A stretch of 64,000 bases of DNA, taken from Spirochaetales bacterium. GTDB taxonomy: Bacteria; Spirochaetota; Spirochaetia; JAFGXN01. The position numbers and the translations under genes were made by a program. Of this stretch, positions 30,652 to 38,923 are shown piece by piece. Below the pieces are notes generated by a model that worked only from the letters and a program-made list of their open reading frames with translations, was not told the DNA's origin and ran no database searches. Every line of letters starts with the position of its first letter. Position 1 is the stretch's first letter. Location: positions 28,575-92,574 of the forward strand of contig JAFGXN010000007.1 in assembly GCA_016936615.1 (NCBI GenBank), written 5' to 3'.

Positions 30652-31690
30652 GCTTGAAAATTAAGTAATGACCAAGCTTAAAAAGATAAGAAAAAATAAA
30701 TGCAAATAAAATTATAACAAAAAATATAGCATACATTTCATCTACCTTAAATCTCCTTTGGCGAGCAATGAAAAGCCAACCAAGACCATTTATAGAATCG
30801 CCTCCTCCGGAGTTAATCATTTCCGCAAAGATGATATATCCCCAACCAAGACCAAATACAGCAGCGAAATGCTTCCATATCCTTGACAGAGCAGATGGAA
30901 CCACAATTAAAACAATCGTTTTTACTTGAGAAAACCCCAAAGTATATCCGGTACTTAATAAAATATCATCAACTTCATCAATTTCCTTTATGACAAGCCC
31001 AAGAAGAACAAAAAACATACTTAAAACGAGAAAAATAATCTTCTGCTGCTCCCCAATACCAAAAAAGGCCATTGTCAGCGGAATCAACGCTGCAATCGGA
31101 ATAAAAGTCCCAACTATCAAAGCAGGATTCATAAAGCTTCTAAACGCCTTAAAACAGCTCATCAATACACCAAGAGGCAGAGCAAAAAGCACAACAAAGA
31201 AAAAAGCAGTTAACTCCCTTCTTAAACTTATCCAGATTGCATAAATCAAGGACTTTCTCCATTGAAACTTCTCAGAAGAATCATTAGTTCCCCTTATCAA
31301 CGAAGGAAAGCTTCTCAGAATATCTACTGGATGGGGCAAAACATTCTGAGACAAGACAGGATTGGGAATTCTCTCTTCTTCATATTTAAAACCAGTATAA
31401 CTGATTACCTCTCTAATCTCGATATGTTGGCGAGGGGATAGATTTTTCTTCAACAAATACTGATCTCCAGAAGAATTTTTATAATAAGACTCATTGATCA
31501 AGAGAATATCTTGCTCATCATAGAGATTTCCAACAATAGCTCTCTCAAAGTCATCTATGTCAATTCTAGACAAAGGTTTCCGCACCGTAGTAACAGCAAT
31601 CCAAAGAGACAAAATAATAAGCACAAATAACGCACTATATAAGAATTTTTGATATTTTGGAATATCCCTTCTTATCCTTATTTTCTTCAT
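30623..31690 (-). CDS. ABC transporter permease (BPD_transp_1, NitT/TauT family) with an extended N-terminal region
   Basis: An N-terminal TM plus about-130 aa extracytoplasmic region, then six TM helices containing the EAA-like loop region. Confidence 0.75.
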   Translation of the reverse strand: MKKIRIRRDIPKYQKFLYSALFVLIILSLWIAVTTVRKPLSRIDIDDFERAIVGNLYDEQDILLINESYYKNSSGDQYLLKKNLSPRQHIEIREVISYTGFKYEEERIPNPVLSQNVLPHPVDILRSFPSLIRGTNDSSEKFQWRKSLIYAIWISLRRELTAFFFVVLFALPLGVLMSCFKAFRSFMNPALIVGTFIPIAALIPLTMAFFGIGEQQKIIFLVLSMFFVLLGLVIKEIDEVDDILLSTGYTLGFSQVKTIVLIVVPSALSRIWKHFAAVFGLGWGYIIFAEMINSGGGDSINGLGWLFIARQRRFKVDEMYAIFFVIILFAFIFSYLFKLGHYLIFKHDRGQRNGK

Positions 31691-31701
31691 TTTACACCTT
31701 T

Positions 31702-33360
31702 CTACTCAAATGAAAAGAATTTTACTTCAACTCGACGATTTTCATTTTGATCATCATTGTTAACTGGCATATCCCAGCCCATCCCTTCAGTTAAAATTCT
31801 ATCAGAATCACAACCAAATTTTTCTACAAGAACCTTCTTCACAAATTCCGCTCTTTTTTTGGAAATCAGCTTAGCCTGAGCAGAGGCTTCAAGATATTGT
31901 TGCATCCCCATCGCCTTAAACTCTTCAACTTTACTTGTATCAAGGTGCCCTACAAGCTTAACCATAGTTGTTCCTAGAATATTCATTTGATCACTTATCT
32001 TCCTGATCATTTTAAGATTTTCTGTTGCCTCAAGAGATCCAGAACTCAAATCAAATTCAATCCTTTGCGATTGAAAATTTATTTGAAAATCATCAGTCAA
32101 AACAATCCTACTTGATTCTAAATCTACTATATTGAAATTTTCTTTCTTATTAAAAGAGGTTTTAACATTATTTTTGTGATTTGAAAAATGCCCTTTTTTC
32201 TTCAAAGACAACAGCGATGTCTTATATATAACTGATTCTGCATCAAAATTTGAAGATTTAGCCAATGTTCCAATATTCTTGTAATACTCCTGAGAAAGAA
32301 AGAAAAGCTTATATGCTCCAATTGAGTTTTCCAAATCAAAAAACATCAAATTCTCAGCAAAGTTAGCAAGATGAACATCTCCCAACATCAGAGATGCTTC
32401 CTTTGATCCACCAGAAAGACCAAAAAACTTAGCCATATTAGAATAAACTACCTCTTTATCTTTCTGAAAGATGTCATAACCTTCCATCATAGACTTAGAA
32501 AATGCTTCAACAAATTCCGGATATTCACTAACAAAATCTGCACGGGCAACATAACAATCAGCTATTAATTGGTTTGCATCCTTAGAGGTTATCAGCAACT
32601 TTGCACCTGTAACATAAGACTTACTAGAAGGATCTGTTATATCATATATGAATGGAGACCAGGTTACGCAGGCATCAATTGACTTATCTTTCTCAAAGAC
32701 CTCTTTAGCAACAATGGCATCAGCAACATAATAGATCACCACATCACTTGGTTGTAAATTAGATTGAGCAAGAACCCATAATAAAAAGAAGTTCGAAGGA
32801 GTATTCCCAGACGTAACAATCTTTTTTCCTTTTAATTCCTTAGGGTTATTTATATTTCCACGAACAACAACACCATCTCCACCAAAAGACCAATCAAATA
32901 TCCCAAAAACCTTTGGCATTATCCTCTTATCAACCTTTAAAGCATCATATAATAATGGAACCATATCCATTGTAGACCAAATAATAGGGTATTTTCCATT
33001 TGCATATCCTTGCAATTGAACTGTAGGATCTTCTTCTCTAATTAAATTTACACAAAATCCTCCATTCTTATAGAACTGAGAATCTAACGAAGGCTCCAAT
33101 CCTCCATTAGCAGCAATAAGGCCTGCATAACCGCCCCAAGTCAATAAAGGAACATCAATAACTGGAACAATTTTTCCTCCAACTTCCTTTTTTTCTAAAG
33201 AAAAACCACTACTTCCATTTATTTTTATAGCCTCAACAGTTGTTTGATATGATCCTCCAGAAGAATCCTTTCCTATATATTTAGGAAGAACAGAAACTAA
33301 AACTCCAGCAACAACCACAACCGCTAAAACAGCAATACCTATAATCTTTTTTTTATCCAT
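31702..33360 (-). CDS. Membrane-anchored ABC solute-binding protein (NMT1/SsuA-like) fused to a C-terminal OmpA-like peptidoglycan-binding domain
   Basis: Residues about 60-380 are paralogous to the downstream solute-binding protein (PLLTWGGYAGLIAANGG.. versus PLVTWGGYAALFAANGG..). The last about 120 aa match the OmpA_C pattern (VKLVGHLDTS...LISKKRAEFVKKVL...NRRVEVKF). Confidence 0.65.
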   Translation of the reverse strand: MDKKKIIGIAVLAVVVVAGVLVSVLPKYIGKDSSGGSYQTTVEAIKINGSSGFSLEKKEVGGKIVPVIDVPLLTWGGYAGLIAANGGLEPSLDSQFYKNGGFCVNLIREEDPTVQLQGYANGKYPIIWSTMDMVPLLYDALKVDKRIMPKVFGIFDWSFGGDGVVVRGNINNPKELKGKKIVTSGNTPSNFFLLWVLAQSNLQPSDVVIYYVADAIVAKEVFEKDKSIDACVTWSPFIYDITDPSSKSYVTGAKLLITSKDANQLIADCYVARADFVSEYPEFVEAFSKSMMEGYDIFQKDKEVVYSNMAKFFGLSGGSKEASLMLGDVHLANFAENLMFFDLENSIGAYKLFFLSQEYYKNIGTLAKSSNFDAESVIYKTSLLSLKKKGHFSNHKNNVKTSFNKKENFNIVDLESSRIVLTDDFQINFQSQRIEFDLSSGSLEATENLKMIRKISDQMNILGTTMVKLVGHLDTSKVEEFKAMGMQQYLEASAQAKLISKKRAEFVKKVLVEKFGCDSDRILTEGMGWDMPVNNDDQNENRRVEVKFFSFE

Positions 33361-33374
33361 ATGAAATCTCTCCC

Positions 33375-34433
33375 TTACTTTATTGCATCAAGCATAAATT
33401 TACCAGAAATAACCTGCTTTGGATCAACATTGAAATCAGAGGGTAATTTACCATCTTTTTTGTAAAGCTCAGAAGACTTCTGAAAAATACTAAATCCTGA
33501 AATCTCAAGAGAATCATTAAAAAAATCAGAATTCTCTTCTTTACCACCAATAACAACATCTCCAAACATCAACATAACTTCCTCAACTCCACCAGGAATA
33601 CCAAACAATGAGGCAATATCTTGGGCAACCGAACTCTTATCCGCAAGAAAGAGTTCATATCCTTCGATCATTGATTTAACAAAGGCCTTAATAACATCAG
33701 GATTTTTCTTAAGGAAATCTGCTCTTGTTACATAAACATCTGCAATAACACCAAAACCCTCTGAACCTACCGCTGTAGTCATGATTAACTCAGAACCTTT
33801 AACAAATGAGTCCTTAGAAGAATCAGTAATATCATAAATAAAAGGAGACCAAGTAACGCAAATGTCAATAGAGCTATCATTCACATAAGTATCTTTAGCT
33901 TTTATAGCATCCTCTGCATATATAATCTTTAAAGAAGTAGGATCAATATTGTTTTTATCTAGATACCACAAGAAAAAATAGTGTGATGGCTGATATTGAG
34001 GTAAAACAACTGTTTTGCCAACCATATCAGTAGCATTCTTAATGCCATTTCTAGCAACAATTCCATCCCCACCCGCAGAATAATCAAAGACACCTATTAC
34101 CTTTGGAATAGTTCTTACATCCTTGCTTAATGAATCATATTGAAGAGGAAGCATATCCATTGTCGACCAAATAATAGGATAAGAACCATTTGAAAATCCT
34201 TGTAAATGCAAAGAAGGATCTTCGACTTGAACCAACTCAACTTTATATCCTCCATTTTTATAAAAAAGAGATTCCTCGTTAGGACTCGCTCCTCCATTTG
34301 CCGCAAATAAGGCTGCATACCCACCCCAAGTAACTAAAGGAATAGTTATAACTAACTCTTTCTCTTTTTTCTCTTTCGAACAACCAGAAAAAACAACCAA
34401 ACATGCTAAAATAGCAAAAATTATCTTTTTCAT
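33375..34433 (-). CDS. ABC solute-binding lipoprotein (NMT1/SsuA-like), tandem paralog
   Basis: Lipoprotein signal (LVVFSGCSKE). Conserved segments shared with the upstream paralog (YPIIWSTMDM, CVTWSPFIYDITD). Confidence 0.65.
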   Translation of the reverse strand: MKKIIFAILACLVVFSGCSKEKKEKELVITIPLVTWGGYAALFAANGGASPNEESLFYKNGGYKVELVQVEDPSLHLQGFSNGSYPIIWSTMDMLPLQYDSLSKDVRTIPKVIGVFDYSAGGDGIVARNGIKNATDMVGKTVVLPQYQPSHYFFLWYLDKNNIDPTSLKIIYAEDAIKAKDTYVNDSSIDICVTWSPFIYDITDSSKDSFVKGSELIMTTAVGSEGFGVIADVYVTRADFLKKNPDVIKAFVKSMIEGYELFLADKSSVAQDIASLFGIPGGVEEVMLMFGDVVIGGKEENSDFFNDSLEISGFSIFQKSSELYKKDGKLPSDFNVDPKQVISGKFMLDAIK

Positions 34434-34517
34434 ATAATCTCCTAAATTTTAATATGTAAAAATAATATCACATGAATATAGTTTTATCAATTATTACATT
34501 TAATAAAAAGAAAAGAC

Positions 34518-34546
34518 TTGACCAAATAAGAACATATGATTATTAT
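34518..34546 (+). promoter_or_regulatory. Putative sigma70 promoter for the MinD-ferredoxin/NifX-like operon
   Basis: TTGACC-17 nt-TATTAT. AGGAGGG RBS before the ATG at 34579. Confidence 0.3.
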
Positions 34547-34578
34547 TAATTTATAAAATATAGCTAGAAGGAGGGCTC

Positions 34579-35433
34579 ATGACTATAAGTTTTGCTAGCG
34601 GAAAAGGTGGAGCAGGAAAGACATTTCTATCAGCACACAGCCTTGATTTTTTTCTTAAAAAAGGAACTAAGGTAGCTCTTGCTGATCTAGATGTGGAGGA
34701 GCCAAATTCCAAAATTTTCTTTGATATAGAAGATCTCTCAAAAAAAGAGGCTTTTGCATATGTTCCAGAATTTATAAAAGAGAATTGCACAGAATGTAAC
34801 CGTTGTCTTGGCTTGTGTAAGTTTAATGCATTCACTAAGCTTCCTGGAAGTGCGATTATCTTTAAGCAGATGTGTCACGACTGCGGATTATGTTACTATG
34901 CATGTAAAAATGGTGCAATTGTCCGGACGAAAATGAGAATTGGCGAGGTAAAAAGCTATAATTATAATGGTGCAAAGATTTTTGAAGGATTATTAGATAT
35001 CGGAATGGAGCAAGGGGTTGTGCTTATTAAGCAGGTAAAAAAAGAGGCCCTCGCAGAGGAGCTAGAGCTTCTAATTCAAGACTCAGCCCCCGGAACAAGT
35101 TGCTCGTTTGTCGAGACGATCTCAGAATCAGATATAACATTCATGTCAATCGAGGACTCCCCAATGGGAATTCACGATGGGGAGATTGCGATCAAGGTGC
35201 TTGAAGAGATGAAGAAGGATTTTTACATCATAATTAATAAGGATATAGAGTCTAACTACTCACAAGGATTTAGGAAAAAGTTTAATGAGAAGATTATTGC
35301 AACAATTCCTGAGAAGAAGGAGATTGCCTCTCGTTATGCTGAAAAAAAACTCTCCCCCGAGGACGCAGATATAAAAAAGGCGATGAATGAGATTTTTTCT
35401 ATTGTAGAAAAGAAGAGGGGTGAAAAAAAATGA
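34579..35433 (+). CDS. MinD/ParA-superfamily P-loop ATPase with inserted 2x[4Fe-4S] ferredoxin domain
   Basis: Deviant Walker A (GKGGAGKT). Two CxxCxxCxxxC clusters (CTECNRCLGLC, CHDCGLCYYAC). Confidence 0.8.
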   Translation: MTISFASGKGGAGKTFLSAHSLDFFLKKGTKVALADLDVEEPNSKIFFDIEDLSKKEAFAYVPEFIKENCTECNRCLGLCKFNAFTKLPGSAIIFKQMCHDCGLCYYACKNGAIVRTKMRIGEVKSYNYNGAKIFEGLLDIGMEQGVVLIKQVKKEALAEELELLIQDSAPGTSCSFVETISESDITFMSIEDSPMGIHDGEIAIKVLEEMKKDFYIIINKDIESNYSQGFRKKFNEKIIATIPEKKEIASRYAEKKLSPEDADIKKAMNEIFSIVEKKRGEKK

Positions 35434-36296
35434 AGACTATCACGGTTCTCTCAGGCAAGGGCGGTACTGGAAAATCAACAATAACCGCAATATTAGGCAA
35501 GGTTCGGGAATCTGTTATTCTCGCAGATTGCGATGTAGATGCAGCAAATTTAAATTTTTTCCATAAACCTATCCAAAGCACAACTATACCATTCTACGGA
35601 AAATCCATAGCAGAGATTGACTTCTCAATCTGCAACAATTGTAAAAAATGTGTTCACCACTGCAAATATAACGCAATAGACAGCAGAACCCTGATAATTG
35701 ATCCGCAGGCGTGCGAGGGTTGTAGCTTCTGCGAGTTTGTCTGCCCGCAGCATGCTATTTCGATGAAACCACACAACAATGGTCTAGTCTTCGTATCGAA
35801 GAGTGAAGATCGAGATATAATCCACGCTGATCTTTTCCCTGGTCAAGACAACTCAGGCAAGCTTGTATCAGAGGTGCTCAACCATGCTAGAGAAAAAGGT
35901 GAACTGCTCGGCTACGAGACTCTTCTCTGCGACGGGCCTCCAGGAATTGCCTGCCCTGTAGTAGCATCAATAAACCAGACTGATTTTATCTTAGCTGTTA
36001 CAGAACCTAGCGAATCTGCATTACATGATCTGAAGAGATTAGAGGAGCTTAAGAATTTCTTCAATCTAAGAGGTGGGGTAATTATCAACAAGTCAGATCT
36101 ATCTGAGCAATTAAACTCGAAGATAAAGGCTTATGTCGACGAGAGTTCGTGGGAGATTATTGGAGAGTTGAAAATGCTTCCTGAGATAAGACAGTTAAGT
36201 ATGAACGAAAAATTTGAAATAAGTGACAAGATAAGAGATATTTTTGAAGATTTTTCAAAAAAGATAGACTTTTCAATCAATAAGGAGATAAAATGA
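35430..36296 (+). CDS. MinD/ParA-superfamily P-loop ATPase with inserted ferredoxin domain (paralog)
   Basis: GKGGTGKST Walker A. CNNCKKCVHHC and CEGCSFCEFVC clusters. ATGA overlap with the upstream paralog. Confidence 0.8.
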   Translation: MKTITVLSGKGGTGKSTITAILGKVRESVILADCDVDAANLNFFHKPIQSTTIPFYGKSIAEIDFSICNNCKKCVHHCKYNAIDSRTLIIDPQACEGCSFCEFVCPQHAISMKPHNNGLVFVSKSEDRDIIHADLFPGQDNSGKLVSEVLNHAREKGELLGYETLLCDGPPGIACPVVASINQTDFILAVTEPSESALHDLKRLEELKNFFNLRGGVIINKSDLSEQLNSKIKAYVDESSWEIIGELKMLPEIRQLSMNEKFEISDKIRDIFEDFSKKIDFSINKEIK

Positions 36297-36652
36297 TAGT
36301 ATTAACAGCATTTGAAAACAATTTAGAGTCAAAGCTTGATCCAAGGTTTGGCCGTGCTAGCGGTTTCATATTAGTAGATCAAGAGACAAACAACCACTCG
36401 TGGCTTGAGAATTCTCAGAACATAAACTCTGCCCACGGCGCAGGAATACAGGCTGCGAGTAATGTGGTTCAGAACGGAGGCAAGGTTCTCATCACGGGAG
36501 CAATAGGACCTAAGGCGTTTATGGTTCTAAACGAAGCAAAAGTTGAAATCTTCACAGGCGATACAAGCAAAAGTGTTGCAGAAAATATTGAAGATTTCAA
36601 GGCAAATAGATTAACAAAAGTAAGCTCTGCTACAACAGTAGGCTTAGGCTAA
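36293..36652 (+). CDS. NifX/NifB-C-like dinitrogenase FeMo-cofactor-binding-domain protein
   Basis: Nitro_FeMo-Co fold pattern (DPRFGRASGFILVD...GAG...VLITGAIGPKA). Confidence 0.7.
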   Translation: MIVLTAFENNLESKLDPRFGRASGFILVDQETNNHSWLENSQNINSAHGAGIQAASNVVQNGGKVLITGAIGPKAFMVLNEAKVEIFTGDTSKSVAENIEDFKANRLTKVSSATTVGLG

Positions 36653-36661
36653 GGAGAAATT

Positions 36662-36997
36662 ATGAAGATAGCAATTCCATGCGTAGAAGGAAAGCTGTGC
36701 GCACACTTTGGTCATTGCAATGAATTTGCAATTATTACAACCGAAGGCAAGAAAATTGTAAAAAATGAGAGCGTATTACCACCACCACACGAACCTGGTG
36801 TTTTACCTGCTTGGTTACACAATGAGCACAATGTGAATGTAATTATTGCTGGCGGAATGGGGGTAAGAGCTCAGGAGCTTTTTGCTCAGAACCAAATTAC
36901 AGTAAAAGTTGGCGCACCTGCTCGAAGGCCAGAAGAGCTAGTTGAAGCACTCTTAAACGAGACTTTAGTGACTGGAGAGAACCTCTGCGACCACTAA
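36662..36997 (+). CDS. NifX/NifB-C-like FeMo-cofactor-binding-domain protein (paralog)
   Basis: KIAIPCVEGKLCAHFGHCNEFAII...VIIAGGMGVRA matches the same domain family. Confidence 0.7.
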   Translation: MKIAIPCVEGKLCAHFGHCNEFAIITTEGKKIVKNESVLPPPHEPGVLPAWLHNEHNVNVIIAGGMGVRAQELFAQNQITVKVGAPARRPEELVEALLNETLVTGENLCDH

Positions 36998-37010
36998 GAA
37001 TTTAATTTTA

Positions 37011-37038
37011 CCCCCAAGAAGGATAGCTTTGTTGGGGG
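37011..37038. terminator. Possible stem-loop between convergent operons
   Basis: CCCCCAA-14 nt-TTGGGGG. The downstream T-tract is weak. Confidence 0.3.
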
Positions 37039-37067
37039 AATTCTTCAAATTTTATAGAAAATTACCA

Positions 37068-38903
37068 TCAAGAGAGATCTGATTTGATAGAATAGGTATC
37101 TTTACCTCTCTTCTTCGCCTCAGCTAAAGCTGAATCAGCAAGACTGATAAGAGTGTTGATATCTTGCCCCTCATAATTTAATAGATAAATTCCAACTGAA
37201 CAAGAGAACTTTTCAAAAACAGCCTTCTCAAAGCTATGTCCCAAATCTTGCTCTAAAGCCTCAATAAAAAGCTCTTTTCGACTGATAGTCTCGAGCAATC
37301 TCTTTGCCAATGCTTCAGCCCCAACGCCAGCACTACTTGTAACAAAAATAACAAACTCATCTCCACCAATCCTAACCGGAATATCGTTTTTTCTGACAAG
37401 CTCCTTAAGAATAGCTGCAAACTTCTTCAAGACAATATCACCTGCATTATGGCTAATTATATCGTTTACAAGCTTAAAATTGTCTAAATCGATATAGAGA
37501 ATCCCCAGTACAGGTTCACGATACAACTCACTTACTAGCGAAGGATCTGCTAATTTTGCACGGTTAAAAAGTCCTGTCAACGTGTCTGTAAAAATCTGAT
37601 TTTCTAACTTAGCATTCATCTCTCGTAGCCAGCCAGTTCTAACACGCAAATCTGTCTCATGACGAAGTAGCGACTCATCGAGCTCCTTATTCAATTTACC
37701 AAAATTCTCGACCAATAACTGACTATGAGAAAGGATAAAGATGAAGATACCAAGCGAAAAGAAAGAGAGGTAATCCAAAAGTCCTGCATAAAAACCAAAA
37801 ATCATCTCAAGAACAACCGAAGCGGAGAGAAACAACCAGGAGATTAGATGAAACAACTCCCCTTTTCCAACTTTTTTCACCATCTTTATATACAAATAGA
37901 CAACATAGAGACTTCCAAGACCTACGAATATATTTAAAATTCCTAGAAGCAAATAGACAACACTCCATGAAGCAAAAATTATTATTCCAGCTACAAAGAA
38001 GGCAAACAAACTAAAAATAATTAAAATAAATCCAGTTTCAATATGAGTTTTTACATGAAAAAGGATAAATAGAGAGAGAAAAACTACAGCAATAGGATAA
38101 GCAACAGCACCAATCCTCATCATAAGTTGAGCAGATATGTAATCGTAAAAAAACGAAATAACATAAGAGTCGTAAGAAATTAGATATAACATACAAGCGA
38201 AAGAAAAAAGTGAAAGAAAAAGATACTTTGGCTCTTTTCTGTTGTTTAAGAAAAAAATAAGAAGATAAACCGAAACAAAAAATAAAATTCCCCAGATTGT
38301 AAAATATAGACTAAGATATGAATAGAAAAACCTGTTAACAGACTTCTCTACACCAAAAACAGGAAGGTAATCAATCCCACTTATACCAAAACTTTTATTA
38401 GAAATCCAAAAGAGTAACTCCAGTGTCGTAGAATTTTCTATATAAGAGATACGTATCTTCAATGCTTCCTTTGTTTGCGATGGATCTACATTAGGGTCTC
38501 CAGAAGAGCCACTATAAGCACCATTTACAAATAGGCTATTCGATGTCCAAATTGCTGGGACAAAGATTGCATAGTTCTCATCAAAATTCTCAGGAAGAAG
38601 GATCTTTAATTTGAGGGTAGCAGACATCTGCGTGGGGAATCCTCCATTTATCAATGAAGACCAAGAATCCCCTCCTTCATATATTGCAGCCTCAGAAGTA
38701 TCAGAATTTATCTGAGGATCTAAAAATGTATTAGGGAAAAGCAACCATTGACCATCTATCTTAACCATAGGATTTTTATCAAAATCCCACTGACTTAAAT
38801 CTAAGACACCCTCTTCAGCCCTAACCCTTGGCGAGAGCCCACCGCAACTGACAATTAAAAATGTGAATAATCCAAATACAAAAAGTAACGCATTTGATCT
38901 CAT
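37068..38903 (-). CDS. 7TM-receptor-type diguanylate cyclase (7TMR-DISM extracellular domain + 7TM + GGDEF)
   Basis: Signal plus periplasmic domain, seven hydrophobic helices, and a C-terminal GGDEF domain (RIGGDEFVIF, with DLDNFKLVND upstream). Confidence 0.8.
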   Translation of the reverse strand: MRSNALLFVFGLFTFLIVSCGGLSPRVRAEEGVLDLSQWDFDKNPMVKIDGQWLLFPNTFLDPQINSDTSEAAIYEGGDSWSSLINGGFPTQMSATLKLKILLPENFDENYAIFVPAIWTSNSLFVNGAYSGSSGDPNVDPSQTKEALKIRISYIENSTTLELLFWISNKSFGISGIDYLPVFGVEKSVNRFFYSYLSLYFTIWGILFFVSVYLLIFFLNNRKEPKYLFLSLFSFACMLYLISYDSYVISFFYDYISAQLMMRIGAVAYPIAVVFLSLFILFHVKTHIETGFILIIFSLFAFFVAGIIIFASWSVVYLLLGILNIFVGLGSLYVVYLYIKMVKKVGKGELFHLISWLFLSASVVLEMIFGFYAGLLDYLSFFSLGIFIFILSHSQLLVENFGKLNKELDESLLRHETDLRVRTGWLREMNAKLENQIFTDTLTGLFNRAKLADPSLVSELYREPVLGILYIDLDNFKLVNDIISHNAGDIVLKKFAAILKELVRKNDIPVRIGGDEFVIFVTSSAGVGAEALAKRLLETISRKELFIEALEQDLGHSFEKAVFEKFSCSVGIYLLNYEGQDINTLISLADSALAEAKKRGKDTYSIKSDLS

Positions 38904-38923
38904 CTAACCTCTCAATGCCTTAA

